DNA of 64,000 nt from the human T2T-CHM13v2.0 reference genome, Homo sapiens. Position 1 is the stretch's first letter, and the number at the start of each line of letters is the position of its first letter. Positions 39,755 to 53,514 of this stretch are shown here, in pieces. The DNA lies in NCBI RefSeq assembly GCF_009914755.1, contig NC_060925.1; one strand, 5' to 3'. The notes under the pieces are model-generated. The model saw only the letters and a program-made list of their open reading frames with translations, made no database searches and had not been told where the DNA came from. Both the position numbers and the translations under genes were made by a program.

Positions 39755-39922
39755 TATTACTATCTTTTACATTTAGAAACATATTCTCACATCAATTGCA
39801 ATTCAATATATAAGTTTAATTCATTCCATATTAATAAATACTTATTGTGTATCTATATGTGCCTATTATTGCACTAAATTTAAAAATAGACCAGTCCTCT
39901 TCTTTTATGAAATTTATATGCA
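39755..39922 (+). repeat. Dispersed duplicate of 41134-41307
   Basis: ~170 bp near-identical direct copy located 1379 bp from the other copy. Confidence 0.95.
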
Positions 39923-41133
39923 TTTTTTGCATTATTTATAGAATCCACAGGTTACCAGTTGACTATTGAATCCTAAATATTTGCATAAATTATATACTAT
40001 ATAAAATGATATTATTTATCAGTTTCATCTCCTTAACATGTATACTAATATTATTTACCTTACTGAACATCTTTTGTGCCAATACTATAAAATTAAGATA
40101 ACTGTTCTCCTTTTCTAATTAGAAAAGTTGCAAATGTCACACAAACAGACACAAACAAAACACACCATAAAGAATGTTGGCATTCATTTGGAGTTGTATT
40201 TTCCTTGTTTGTAGATCACCTTAAGCCATTAATTCGTGTCTATTAGAGATTTCAAAGTAAAGAGGGAGAAAAAAATTCAGCATTGTTTCAAGAAGTGGCC
40301 TTAATATGTGTTAGTAAATTGATGATAGCTTACTATGATTCTGTAGGCAGATATTAAACATCTCATGGTACTTGGGTGACTAATACCAATGTCATGCCGT
40401 GCACTTAATAAAGTAGCTCCTGATAGCATTATTAATGATTTAAGCATTCTTAGAGTGCTTCCTCTCTTCGAACACATTTTTTATAATGTCTAATGCTGTT
40501 TCTGTCCTGTGACTAAGCAGATAATCATGGCCATTTTTATTCAGTCAGTCACTTCTTGAATTGTTAGGTGTTGCCATGGGTATAAAAAACATCATGTAAA
40601 ACACAATTCTATTCAATAAACATTTGCTCCTTTTTTCCCCTGAGAAAAACTAATTTGTAGAAAAAAAGACAGTTGAACTGAAGAGGCCTTCAGTGGAATG
40701 ATGGTTCCCAAACTACTGTTTAACTGCTGCACAGACATTTCATATTCTGGTGTAAAACAGATGTAGTTAAAATAGTGAATTTACTGTTATTTCTGGTGAA
40801 ATTATCCCTAAAAATGACATAGTCTTAAGTATTACAAAGAACTTTAGCTGCCAGATTTATGAATTGAAGTCATTATTCTTAAGTGTTCATAAAAACTTTA
40901 CAAATTTGAAATTAACACCTTTGTTGATTTTGGTGATCTTTGTGTTTGAAAGCATATGCCTGAAAGAAAATGAAGGGGGTCTTCTTCAAACAATATTCTG
41001 CACACTGAATAAGCAACCAAATATCCTTAGATTGGCACTTAAAGCCACAAGCTCAGCTTGGAAATGATGTCTAGGCAAGACCTGGCTTTTTTCAGTACCT
41101 GTTGTGTAAAACATCATACCCAAGAGGTTAGGT

Positions 41134-41307
41134 TATTACTATCTTTTACATTTAGAAACATATTCTCACATCAATTGCAATCCAATATATAAGTTTAATT
41201 CATTCCATATTAATAAATACTTATTGTGTGTCTACTATGTGCCAATTATTGCACTAGACTAAATTTAAAAATAGACCAGTCCTCTTCTTTTATGAAATTT
41301 ATATGCA
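41134..41307 (+). repeat. Probable parent copy of the dispersed duplicate (contains an L2 3' end on the - strand)
   Basis: TATTACTATCTTTTACATTTAG...GAAATTTATATGCA. Includes the L2 terminus ATTCATTCCATATTAATAAATACTTATTGTGTGTCTACTATGTGCCA. Confidence 0.92.
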
Positions 41308-41364
41308 ATCACGAGATTTATAATTATAGTTTGTGCTAATTCCTATGATAGAAAGTATACAGCA

Positions 41365-41967
41365 TCAACTGGAGCTCTTGTATATTGCTGGTAAGAATAT
41401 AAAATAGTACAACAACTTTGGAAAACTGTTTGGCAGTCTCTTATAAAACTAAAAATACACATAATATATGACCCATCAATCCTACTTTATCCAAGATAAA
41501 TGAAAACCTATGTCTATGGAAAGCTATATGCATGAAATTCCTAGCAACACTTTATTAATAATGTACAAAATATATACCTCAGTGGGTAAATGAACAAACA
41601 AGTTGTGGCATATCTGTAAAATGGGATAGTTTTCAGCATTAGTAAAGAACAGATTGCTAATACATGGGTGAATTGCAAAAAATGTGAAAGAAGCCAGACC
41701 CAAAATAAGACATGTTTGTATGAAATTCTAGAAGAGAAAATTATAATCTGCAGTGCCAAAAAAACAGACTGGAGGCAGGGGCAGAAGCAGTGGCATTCAC
41801 TGAAAACAGGCACAAGAAATCTTTCTGGGTGATGGGAATGCTCTACCTGCTGATTCAGTGATATTATTTATACAGATGTATAAATCTGTCAAAACTCACA
41901 GAACTGTGCATTTAAAATGGATACATTTTATTGAATATATGTTATATCTCAATAATCTAGTTTAAAA
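41365..41967 (+). mobile_element. Old L1M (ME/MD-like) 3' fragment
   Basis: CAACTGGAGCTCTTGTATATTGCTGGTAAGAATATAAAATAGTACAACAACTTTGGAAAACTGTTTGGCAG...GTCAAAACTCACAGAACTGTGCATTTAAAATGG. Confidence 0.85.
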
Positions 41968-41974
41968 TGTTCAT

Positions 41975-42330
41975 GGTAATATAGCAGTGACTAATAAGGG
42001 ATATATCTAAGTTTGGAAAGTCAGAGATGTCTTTCTGATGAAGAATTTGTTAATGGAAAATAAATCTGGTGAATTAAGTCATCAAAAAACATAGAGGTAA
42101 GAGGAGGCCTCTGAGAGACAGCCTGCTATAGCCTGCTGTAGGTGAAGAACTGGTGTATGCCTGGGCTTTAAGGCAGTGGGTAGTATACAATGTTTCAAAA
42201 ACTAAAAGAAAATTGTAGTTGGAATTCAAAGGCTAATGGGAAGGTGAAGATGAAATGAAATGAGCTTGGAGAAGCAAACAAGTGCTACATCAGCCATGTA
42301 TGCCATCTTAAGGATTTTGCTGCATCTGCA
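41975..42330 (-). mobile_element. L2 fragment (continuation)
   Basis: AAGTCAGAGATGTCTTTCTGATGAAG...GTATGCCATCTTAAGGATTTTG. Confidence 0.45.
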
Positions 42331-42789
42331 AGACAGCTTGATTAGAAAGGCTAGGAAAAAGGCAGAACCACCTCTCTCTATTTGCTGACTTTCTTGTGAT
42401 GAATTCAGTAGCTACTAAGTATCTTCCATATATTATTGCAAAGAGTTGCTTATTCTTAATCAACTTTAGAACTTCAGTGGCTTGTAGATTCCTGTCCTGT
42501 AATCAGTGTGAATGCCCAGAAGGGTGTCCAGCACATAGCAGGCACTCAATAACTACACGTTTCATAAAAAGAAATCTTAAAATCTGTGGGAGAAAAAAAG
42601 AATTTATACAACATACTTCTATGTGGGTGATTACTTGTACAAAATATTAGAATGAGAAGCATAGAACAAAACCAAAAACTGCTCACTAATAAAAAGATTG
42701 AGAAAGAGCTAATTTCTTTAATTTACTATGTGTTCATAAAAAGCAATAAAAAAGTTGCCTGCCACAGAAACAGACAAATTGAATTAAAA

Positions 42790-43110
42790 AAATTAAAAAT
42801 ATTCAGCAAACATTAGAAAAATTTCCATCGCAGTTATAATTTAAGAAATGCAAATAAATAGAAGATTTAAAAAATTTATCAGATAGTGAAACATGCAAAT
42901 GTTTGGTAATATTCATAGTTTGTGAAGGATTGGGGAAATATACAGTTTCAAATACAATTGCTGCCAAATATTTGGAAGAAAATTTGGCAATATGTCTCAA
43001 AATTAAAGATACATATATCAACAGAACTAGATCTCATTGCTAGAAAGTTACTCTACTAGAATGCACATAAATTATATCAATATATTTACCACCAACATAT
43101 AATGTTTGTT
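42790..43110 (+). mobile_element. L1ME-like fragment
   Basis: ATAATTTAAGAAATGCAAATAAA...TTTGGAAGAAAATTTGGCAATATGTCTCAAAATT. Confidence 0.6.
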
Positions 43111-46100
43111 GAATTATACCTATGAACAATGACTATTCTTGAGGCTGATGAGAACGAGGTAAGAAAGGAAGGCAAGGTCCTTGAACATAATAAGTGTCAC
43201 TAACTGAGGAGTTAACATCCTAGTTAGAAGCTGGTGAGACATGTATAAGAGTGGTCATTGAATCAGTAGGATACTTGTTAGTTAAGTGTTGACATATCTA
43301 CCCAAAAGAACATTAGGTAACCATTGAAAAGAACCTTGTGGTCATATTAATTATTAATTAATTAAAAATGGAAATAATATGCACTTAAATGAAAAAAAGC
43401 AAGATGTGGAATAGTGCATGTAGTAATAGTATGATTCCTTTTATGTATAAAAAATATTTCTCCTAAAGATTCACACAGAAATTTGCATCTTTTTTGGAAA
43501 GAGAATTAACTTTTTTTTTTGGAAAGAGATAGGATGAGGAAGACAGTTTTCTATTGATTTTATATGTCTATAATGTCTGAATTTTTAAACCATGCCTAAA
43601 CAATGTCAACAGAGATTAATAGGACCATTTAAAAATTTATTCCTTATACTTATATAATTAATATTAAATGCTAAGATTTTTTTCAAAAAAAAAAATCCAG
43701 AGGGGAAAAAAATAATAAATTTTGACTTCCTGAGACCATAGCTGGTGGAAAAACCCTTTCTTTGTACAGTCTGAGGGAACATACTCTCTCAAATTTATTA
43801 AAAAAGGAGAATACTTCACGTTTTCAAGTTTCTCAGAAAGCTGGCCCTAAAAAGCATGGTTTGCTTGTTGAATTCTAAGTTGGAATCTGAAATAAATCTT
43901 TCTGATTTCATTCTTGGAGTCAGCAGAAGCAGGAGTTGTTGAAGTGCTGACACCTTGCAAACTCTAGTCCTGTGCTCTAGTCCTAAACTGTAATGAGTGG
44001 GTCTCCTTGTGTCCCCCAAGCCATGGACTTTTTATTTATTTATACTTTGTAAAGTCTTATGAGGTTGATGGTCTGTATCACTTGCACTGTACAAGACTCA
44101 GGGTAAAATATTTTATGTGTTTGCTAAAGACTTTAGGAAATAGAAGATGTGTAAGCTTGATTTTACAAGTTAATCAAGAACAAAAAATATCTGTCAGCCA
44201 GGATTCTCCATCAAGATGCTGGATGTTGCTGAAATTTAATTTTTTTTCTAATGAGATGTTTTTGATAGCCACTGTCTCTTCTCTATGGTGCATGGAAGAT
44301 GGATGTTATCTGCATTATTTATTACTGAAACGGTGGTATATCTTGGTTAGACTCTAAACTCAAAGCGGTTCTTATGACTAACCTTATGTCTCCCATAAAA
44401 ATAATGAATTATGTAATGTTCGAATTTCTCCACTATAACATCACTGTTTCTGGCAAGCTAGTTGGCTATTTTTATTAAATGTTGCTCATCTGCCATATGG
44501 ACTCCCATTTTGAAGTTAATTATGAAACAGAGATGAAGACATATTAAATTTCTAAAGTAACTTTCCAATTAAAAATATTTTAGGAGACCACACCATATAA
44601 AATGGTTTCTACACAGTTCTATACCTCAAGAGCAAGTGTTCCTTTCCCTAATTACATGTGAAATGACACAAACTGCTAAAATGTTTTATTCAGGTGGAGT
44701 CATCAACCATTGGCAACGTACCATTACTTCAAATGGAAACAAAAACCTTGCAGAGTTCGTTTGTATACAGAGTCTATAATACTTTTAATTGTCTATAGTC
44801 TTTAAAGTATCACTTAAACTGTTGTCAAATGTTTTTAAGTTTGAAAATTTTGTCAAATTGTTTGTTAAGATAGTATCAGTATGAACTTATGGTCATTATA
44901 ATGAATGCTAATAACTCATCATTTATCATCTTTGAAATCCCCCAAATTATACCTTGTTTACCTTAAAACCTTCTCCTTTAATTGCATACATCCTCTGAGC
45001 TAACTGTTATTATTCTACGTAACCTTTCTTTTCAGTTTATATCTAGACTGCGTTTCCTAAATTAGAACTCTCTCCTTATTTATGGATTTTTTTTCTGACA
45101 AAGCAGTGTTGATCTTTCTGGCCATGTAACTAACTTTCATAAAAACCATTCTCTCAAAACTACCTGAGTTTTCTATGTATACATAATTACTTAGTTATAT
45201 GTTAGGGTGATGAAAAAGAATGTATATTTTTGCTAAAATAAGGGGAAATATTGGATCTTTTTCTTTATCAGTTTACAGAAGTGTTAAACAGGAAACAAAC
45301 TCTCTTATTTGTTCTCTAATTACTACCAATAAAAAAGAATAAATTAAGCCAAAAAAAAGGAGAATTTGAAGTCAAGTGGGAATTTCTCAGATCAGTTGTG
45401 AGTTCTCAATGTGAGAGTTAACTAGGATCTCTACTATCAAGATCATGGGTGCTAATAACATTTCTTCTTAGGAATCGACATTATTTATTTATTTAAATCA
45501 GAAAAAATTTAGTTAGTGCTATGGCATGCAAAACTGCTAGACACCTTTGGGGCTCAAAGATAAAAGTGATTATTTCTTACTTTCTATAAGCTCTCAAAGA
45601 AACTGACATAATTATTTTAAGTAAATAAATGTATATTGAATAACTGCTATTATAATTATGGCCAAATATTCTTATTATATCCTCATAAAAAAGCCCAAAT
45701 AACTTCTCCAAGTCACATAATAATGACTGATGGAGTAAATAGATTTGATCTGAAAATCCATTCCTTGTGTCCTTTTTAAAATATTTTGTTTCTAAAACTA
45801 GGAACAAAATTATCAATGTTTGTGGTTTTATTCTACCATCCAGTTTAGAAAATATCTTAAGAACCAGTGTGGGGTCTGTTCTGAATAGGAACTCAGTGAA
45901 GCAAGAGTATCAGGGCCTTTTATCCCTACTTTACAGGCAAAGAAGTTCAAAAGTGGAGAGTTTAAGGGACATGCAAGAAATAGCACATTAAGTTAACATA
46001 AGTCTATCTGCTATAACACATCCCCTCAAATATTAGCTGTTTAACTCCCCAAAAATATGTTGCTTTGTTTACATTAGTGCAAACCTCAGATGTGTAGATA

Positions 46101-46351
46101 GTGGAGGCTTACTTATGTATAGTCATTCAAGGACCTAGGCTGACTTACTCTCTGACTTCTTCACCATGTGACTTCTAGAGTCACCCTGGGCATCAATCTC
46201 CAAAAATGGAAAGAGAAGAAGTATTATATTACATGGAAGTTTTTTAATGCACTAAGATTGGGAATAGTGTTTAACATGTTCAGTGCACATCCTGTGGGCC
46301 AGAATAGTCATATGGCCTGAGTCATAATTGCATTAGAAAGGAGGTCGGCTC

Positions 46352-46923
46352 TATAGTCGTTTTGATTATTTATTACTGCATAACTAAAACCCCCACATCT
46401 TAATCTTTCAAAGAAGAATTAATTGTTCTCTCTTATGGTTCTGAAGTTGACTGGACTCAGCTGGATGCTTTTGGTCTCTTGTGGTTGCAGTTAGAGATTG
46501 GCTGGGTCAGTAATCATAGGAAGGCTAACTGAAGGCTTTCAAATCAACTAGGCTCGCTCACATAACAAGACTGATGCTGTTTGCTAACTGGTAGCTCAGC
46601 CGGGGCTATGGGCCTTCTGGAGTAGCCTTTTTAAGTGATGTGGGATTCTTACAAGATGACAACTGAGTTCCTAGTGGAAGCATCCTAAGAGCAAGCATTC
46701 CAAGGAACAGGAAGAGGCTGCCTGTTAAATTTAGAATTATGCTGGGACTGACACAGTGCCACCTCTACCATAATGTATTGGTCATAGAGCTCACTCTGTT
46801 TCAAAGGAGTAGACAAATAGACATTGACTGTTAGATAGGAGAATGGCAATATCACATTGAATGAGAGCATGAGAGATACAGGAGAAAATGTTGCAACCAT
46901 CTTTAGAAAATACAAGTTGCCAC
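46352..46923 (-). mobile_element. MLT1H-like MaLR LTR
   Basis: TTACTGCATAACTAAAACCCCCA...TTGACTGGACTCAGCTGGATGCT...GCAACCATCTTTAGAAAATACAAGTTGCCAC. Confidence 0.75.
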
Positions 46924-47119
46924 TATAATGTAACTATATGCCTAGTAAGGCAGTGACACAGATTTGATGAATAGCTAGCCCATATCTGCCATATTCAGTT
47001 GATAAGACAATACACCAAGGACATAGACTCAACAGGCCTGATTACCCAGTATAAATACTGAATAATTAAGTTGGAATTAACTTTTATGATTATTTTGCTA
47101 ATGATTCATCCTACTAAGA

Positions 47120-48410
47120 GCCAAAGAGTAATAACATTGGGCTAATCATTATTTGTACTGGATTATCTGCTACTTTTTTACTAAGCATTAGAACTAGTCA
47201 GCTACATGGTAGGTAAGTTAATCAGACCCCTCCCATTATAGAGAGAATTTCTTTTTCTTACTGGGAAACACTTATTCTAGAAATGGATTTGCTTTGTCTT
47301 CCTGCAAAGCTCCTGTTAGAACACATGTCTGCACTTACTTCATCATTATAGTTTTACACACACACAAAATTTGATTTTTGCTCAAGGAACTAATTTGAGC
47401 AAAATAAATAAGTAGTCATCTCACCTCGTGTGATGTATGGGTGGGTCTTAACAATTACCACATTACCCAGGTGCAGGTGACCTTAGAAAATATTGAAATA
47501 AGCTATTGAAGACTCAGTTACAGTCCCAGTTGGAAGAAAAACATTGGAGAGTCAGGTGCTATTCTGAATATGTCTGGTGGAGTAACCAACATATGGTGCT
47601 CTTTCTCTTATAACTAGACTATATTTGTCTGGGAGTCAAAATAATGGAAATCAGTATAACTCTAACACGTAACTCAGTAATGTTCTGCTTCACTTGGAGT
47701 TTGCTTTAGTTTGGACTTTTCTGGGTTAGAGTTTTAGTCATCATGCTAATTAATTTTATGCAAAGAACAAATAATCTCCAAAACCTTAGTGGCTTAACTC
47801 CACAAAGGTTTATTTTTTGCTAATGTAAAGTTTGGTGGAGTCTCTCCTCTATTGTGTGTGTAGGGAGTGTGGTTACAATCATCTTGTAGCACTTCCATCT
47901 TAAAACATGACTTCCAAGATCTGGCTGACCAGGAAAAAGAGGGATGAAGAAAACATATCATCTCTACAGTGCTACAGACCTGCTGCGGCATATCTCCATT
48001 CACATTTCCACTGGCCAGAACCAAATCACATGACTCTATGTCAACTTCAAGAAATGTAGGGAGGTCACTAATATTTGTTGATCCCTAATTCTCTCTGGCA
48101 CAGACATTTTAATCAACACAAAATTGGTGCTTCCTTCAAAAGATACAGCAATGCTCCCAGTGAAGTACAAATTGAGACTGTCACCTTTTGGGTTCCTAAT
48201 GCCACTGAGCCAACAGGCAAAGATGAATAAATACTACTCTATTTGTTGGAGTAATTAATACTGATTATCAAGGACAAATAACGTTTTTACTATACGATGG
48301 CAACAGGAAGAACTAAGACAGGTACTCCAGGGATGCTCGAGGGATGCTTGTTAATATTACTGTAACCAGGGGAAGAGTGCAGGTAAAAAATAAAGACTAC
48401 AGTAGCCAGT
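47120..48410 (+). mobile_element. ERVL internal remnant: integrase and dUTPase, interrupted by a MaLR LTR
   Basis: Degenerate DNA collinear with ERVL IN motifs (WQVDYIGPLP, LTGIDTYSGYGFA, DQGTHF, LLKTQLQ, YGA.SPIARI). dUTPase reads FGFLMPLSQQAK from 48187 and VGVINTDYQGQITFLLYDG from 48245. Confidence 0.8.
47740..48103 (-). mobile_element. Old MLT1-type LTR inserted in ERVL-int
   Basis: AACAAATAATCTCCAAAACCTTAGTGGCTTAAC...CATTCACATTTCCACTGGCCAGAACCAAATCACATGAC. Confidence 0.65.
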
Positions 48411-48425
48411 GGAAGTGAGAGAAAC

Positions 48426-48905
48426 TGTATTAGCTTTTGCTATATGACAGTAAAAACCACAACCACCACTAAAACAAACACTTGAAATTTCAGTGGCAAA
48501 CAAAAATATATTGTCACAATCACAGGCTTGCTGCTGTATAACTCAGCTAAGATTAGGCTGAATTTGGAAAAATTCAGCTGAGCAAGGCTAGATTCCAGGT
48601 TTCTGAAGGGGTTCAGGTCTGCTCCAGAAGTTTTTAAAGCCAGGCTAAAGAGGCAGCATGACACTTTGCCCCTGCCTGGAACATGTGCTTTTCACATCAG
48701 ACCACAGGAGAGCAAATCACAGTTAAGGCTCCTCCTCATATCACATTGGTTAACATTCTGCAGGTCAAAAAAGTTACATGGCTAAGCTCAATACCTGTAT
48801 AGCGCAAAAAGTACCCTGACTTTTTTGGTGGTACAAAATTACATGGCAAAGGATGTTACTGAATAATCTATAACAGGAAAGAGTGAAGATTTGGAAATAA
48901 TACAC
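48426..48905 (-). mobile_element. MLT1-type MaLR LTR
   Basis: TGTATTAGCTTTTGCTAT...ATTTCAGTGGCAAACAA...CAAAAAAGTTACATGGCTAAGCTCAA...AAATTACATGGCAAAGGATG. Confidence 0.65.
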
Positions 48906-50377
48906 TTACTTAATACTACTTATGTAATAATGCTACCATAAGTAATAAAAGTTTCAATTTGTTACTACACCAAGTCATGAGACTCTGCTTAGGATAAAAA
49001 GAATGTGGAATTGGAAGTGAAAGAGAACAGTAAAGGTTATTTTTTAAGATATAAAAAGAGTTAGTTTCATGGAAACTAGCTGCTTTCCAATAATTAAAGC
49101 ATTTAATCTTGGTCAACTATAATACTTGGATTCCAGTACCTCTAGTTACATCAGGAAGGGCATTGGTAGTCACCCAGTCACATGAAGATAATGAGTAAGG
49201 CCATTAGTTCAACAAGTTTTGGAACTGCAATCACAAGGCATGGGCACAGCCTCTTGATCATGTCAGGGAAGGGGTTGCTATTTCCTTTCCATGTATGCAG
49301 AGCTAGAAGGAAGAGGCTACAGCCAGGATTCTGACACATCATATGGCTGTTGTATCCCTGTCATTAATCTTGCCACTGCCTTTCTAATCAGAAGCGTCTA
49401 ATAAACCGCCTCAAATTCAAGTTACTTAGCCTCGTCCTTAAAATCTAGTGTTTGTCTGGGCTTGATTTCTCTGTGCTATCCCTAGAATTCCAAGAAAAGA
49501 GGGGCTCGGCATGCCTGCTACTGCTACTGCTCCAACTTTGTGAGTTTTCCCCAATAGGCCTCCGGTGCATGTGTCCATGTGTGGTCTACCATTGGCTTTT
49601 GTCTGCTTGATCACTCACAAATCCTGATTTTCCACAGGACTCTTGATATGTTTTAGGTTCAGCTAAACATGAAATGCACTTATGTGATATTTAGAAGATG
49701 GAGGGGATATATAGAATAATTTGTCTTCCTCTGGAAGAAGTGGCAGATATTTGAGGGTTTTTTTTTTTCATTTATGACTCAAATTTTATTCCCTCTGAAG
49801 ATCATGAATGACTTAGCTACTATGACGTAAGCAGTAATTTTCTGTAGGTGACAACAGCAACTTTGAATCTCCCAGGACTATAGCTGAACCTCTACTCAAA
49901 GTCCATCAATATTTACAGTTCTTCAGTTCCTCCCAGTGCATGGTAAGAATCTTATTTTTTTTCTTAAACCCCTTTCTATTTGAAATAGAGAGTGGGATTT
50001 CTTTTGTCCTGATTAATCCTTGAATGATGCCATATTGCTGACTGAACACTTTGCATTCAAGTCTGACTTTTCCCAAAATAGATGTTTCTGTCTTCATGGG
50101 TCAGAGTTAAAGGCTCATCTATTTTTTGATACTAACTTCTACCATGTCTTTTATTTTTTAATGCCTTGCATAATTTTATTATAACCTACCTTCAACCATT
50201 TAGGGTTGGCTGCCAAGTAAATTCACCCTGGTACACTATGTCTGTTAGAACTTAAAGAGTCTAAGTAGGCTTGTCTCCCAAAATAAATCAGCCATATCAA
50301 TCAAATTCTCAACCAAAATAGTCAGGAATTTCACATGAACATACAGGTCAGTAAAACAAATGAATAAAACAAGTTCA

Positions 50378-50667
<290 letters not shown>

Positions 50668-50744
50668 TCAAAATATATTTGACTACATAAACCATTCTGC
50701 TATCTAGAAGTTTGTATCAAAATGTTTTATAATTAGAAGATAAT

Positions 50745-50822
50745 TGTGGCACCGTACTCCACCCTGGGCAACAAAGTGAGGCCTTGTCTCTAAATAAATA
50801 AATAAATAAAGATAGATAGATA
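50745..50822 (+). mobile_element. Severely 5'-truncated Alu (3' ~45 nt plus (TAAA)n/(TAGA)n tail)
   Basis: GCACCGTACTCCACCCTGGGCAACAAAGTGAGGCCTTGTCTC. Flanks AGATAATTGT and AGATACAATTGT. Confidence 0.75.
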
Positions 50823-51214
50823 CAATTGTTTGGGAAATAAAAAGCTGATCATATGTGGACATTTTAACAGCTAGAGATCCATTGATTCCATTCTTTGGCT
50901 CAACCTAACCAGTAACTCTCTAACCGGCCAGATATCCACTAGAAGCAGATAGAAAAAGCAGATAAAGTGTGGCCACATTGATTGGAATTTTGTGAGCCTA
51001 CATGCGAATCGTGTAGAAGTAGAGCTAATGATGCAATACGTTAGAAAGTTTAAGTTATTACAATGAAGAACTTAAAATTATCTTCACACATACAACCATT
51101 TAAGAAAACTATTCACAGATAAAACATTTTTATGGGTACTTGAAATGAAGAAAGACGGAAATGACATAGAATTAAAATCCTAATTCTGATTTCTTAAATT
51201 TCTCTCTTTCATAT

Positions 51215-51919
51215 TGAGATGGGATAGGTCCCTTGACCCTCTTCACGGGCAGGAGCAGGAGTGGCTCCTTTCACTCAGCCCACCGCTAGCCACTCCTCAC
51301 GAGAGGGAGCGTGTGAGCCAGCCGGTGTGGGAACTGGAGAGAACAAACGCTGGAACTGGCCAGTCGCTTTTCTCCGGTGGGAGCAGGCTCTGTGCAGGCC
51401 CTACAGCAGTGTCCAAGCATGTTACAACCAATGCTCTTTCAGCTCTGCCATCTGGGGATGGCCAAGTGCTAACCAGCTCAGTGGAGGGTCGGGGTGGCAG
51501 CAGGTTATTTTCCGGCATCCAGAAAGAATCAGGTCATAAGAACTGTTTGAAAGATGATGAATGCAGACTTTATAGGGCGGTGGGTTGCTCTTAGCGAAAA
51601 GAGAGGCTGGAAAGTGGATGAGAAAGTGATCTTTCCCTGAAGGCCTGCCGTCTCTGTCCTAGCCCCTCTCTGAAGCCACACCATCTGAAGTTAGCCACGT
51701 CTCTCCGTGGTTTCCGACGCTCAGCCACTTGTATCCTGGAGGTTCAGCCGCTTGTGTTGCTTTCCCAGCTGAAGTCTTATATGGGCACAGGACAGGGGCG
51801 GGGCAAGCCAAAAAGGCAACATTTGGGCAGAAAGACGGGGTCAGCTGTTTTCACTTAGGGCCGTAGTTCCAGGCTTAAGGGCGGCGGGGTTTAACCGGGA
51901 GCCCAGCCCTTCTGTATCA
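51215..51919 (-). mobile_element. LTR27/LTR28-like solo LTR (ERV1)
   Basis: Reverse complement starts TGATACAGAAGGGCTGGGCTCCCGGTTAAACCCC...CTTAAGCCTGGAAC. Exact 4-bp TSD ATAT (51211-14, 51920-23). Confidence 0.85.
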
Positions 51920-51984
51920 ATATCACAACTTTCTGAAATACCTGGACGATCATTTACTATTTGCTCTTTTCTTGCCTCCAAAAT

Positions 51985-52285
51985 TGAACTCACTAAACAT
52001 CTGTTAACTGCTTACATGATATCATCATGTTATTATCATAAGGAATACAAAATTGAGTCACACAACGTGCATAAAGTCCCAAAAGGGCTTAAAATCTAAT
52101 GAAGGAGACAGGTATACCTGTTAATTTATTAAAAGCTACATCTTTGAGTGCTGAGTGAAAGAGAAGTCCACTGTACTATCGTACTATTTATGAGTTTGAT
52201 TGAAGTAGCATGTACTTTCAATTGTGGATATATGCAAGAGTACATAGGGGAGAAAAAACTTAGGTAGAATTTGGAAGATGAAAAT
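51985..52285 (-). mobile_element. L2 fragment
   Basis: CACTAAACATCTGTTAACTGCTTAC...GCTTAAAATCTAATGAAGGAGACAGG. Confidence 0.45.
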
Positions 52286-52427
52286 AATAACATGATAAAT
52301 TATTTTGAATAACATTTCAATATCAACAAACTTATTTCTCATAATCTTATAATAAATTGAAAGTGATTTAAAAGTGATTTAGTAGGGGGAAACATATTTG
52401 TTTCATGTAAATGTACATGCATTACTC

Positions 52428-52650
52428 TCTTTAAACTACTGTGGCAATATATTAATGGACTGTGAAATCATTTAGTAGGTTTCCATCAACATTTTAAAAA
52501 ATTAGTAAGAGAAAATATCAGCGTTTATTGCCTATGTGTAGCATAAAAATTCATGAAATATTGTTTCATGAATGTATGTGCATGTTTATGTGTCTATATA
52601 ATGAGTAACTGTATAAAGTACTCCTGTTACGTTCAAAATGTTTAATCTAT
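52428..52650. mobile_element. hAT-Charlie-type MITE fragment
   Basis: GTGAAATCATTTAGTAGG...AGAAAATATCAGCGTTTATTGC...TATTGTTTCATG resembles old Charlie/MER MITEs. Confidence 0.4.
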
Positions 52651-53514
52651 ACATATACAGTATCTATATGTATACTATATGTATATGTTATAGTCTATAC
52701 TGAAAATACATCAATCATAAGATTTAAATAATTCAAAAGTAATTCCATTAGACGTCTCAGTAATGAAGCTTATTGTCTTTGTTTTGTAGCTTTCTATTGC
52801 TGTGCTCTAGAACTATGGCGTAACATTCTCTATTATTTTGGAGTTTTGCTATCATCATTCCAGGTGCTTATCTGGAGCATATGATGAGGTTGTTGGGTGA
52901 ACCATTCTATCTTGACATCTGCCTTTAGCTATTTTTCCTTCCTCATCTTCTGTCTCCTCTAAGTGTTTTACTGTCGTTGTTGTTGCCTTATTCATGATGG
53001 ATTAAACAGAAAACATGAGAAGCAAAGACTTAATACTTCCCAAACTGGATCAATGAGAACCGGCATAGATTTAAAAATTCTTGGCTCCCCAGGCTGAATT
53101 TTTGTCTCCTGTTGTCATAATGTACTTGACTCATTTAATATAACTTTTGTAGGCATCAGAAAACATAAAGTTTGATTAAAAATAATTTTATTGAATATTT
53201 AAAAAGAGTAGAAAAATTTCTACTTATCAAATATGCCTGGTTTCTTTGAAACTTGTTGAGTACAGATTTTACTTAACACTTGACCTAATAGTTTTCAAAG
53301 GGTTATAAAAATTTTGCATTAGATAGTCTTTGCAACATGTGATAGTGATAACAGAAACCTAGTCAAACCCAAGTTCTTCTCCTCAGAGAACACACACACA
53401 CACATTCTCACTGGGTTCATCCTGCTTCAGAGTGTTCCCATATGGATTTTCTCAAGGAAAGAGATAAAGGCAGAGAAAGCCTTGGAGAGTTTCTGAATTG
53501 AAGCTGACTCCTCT

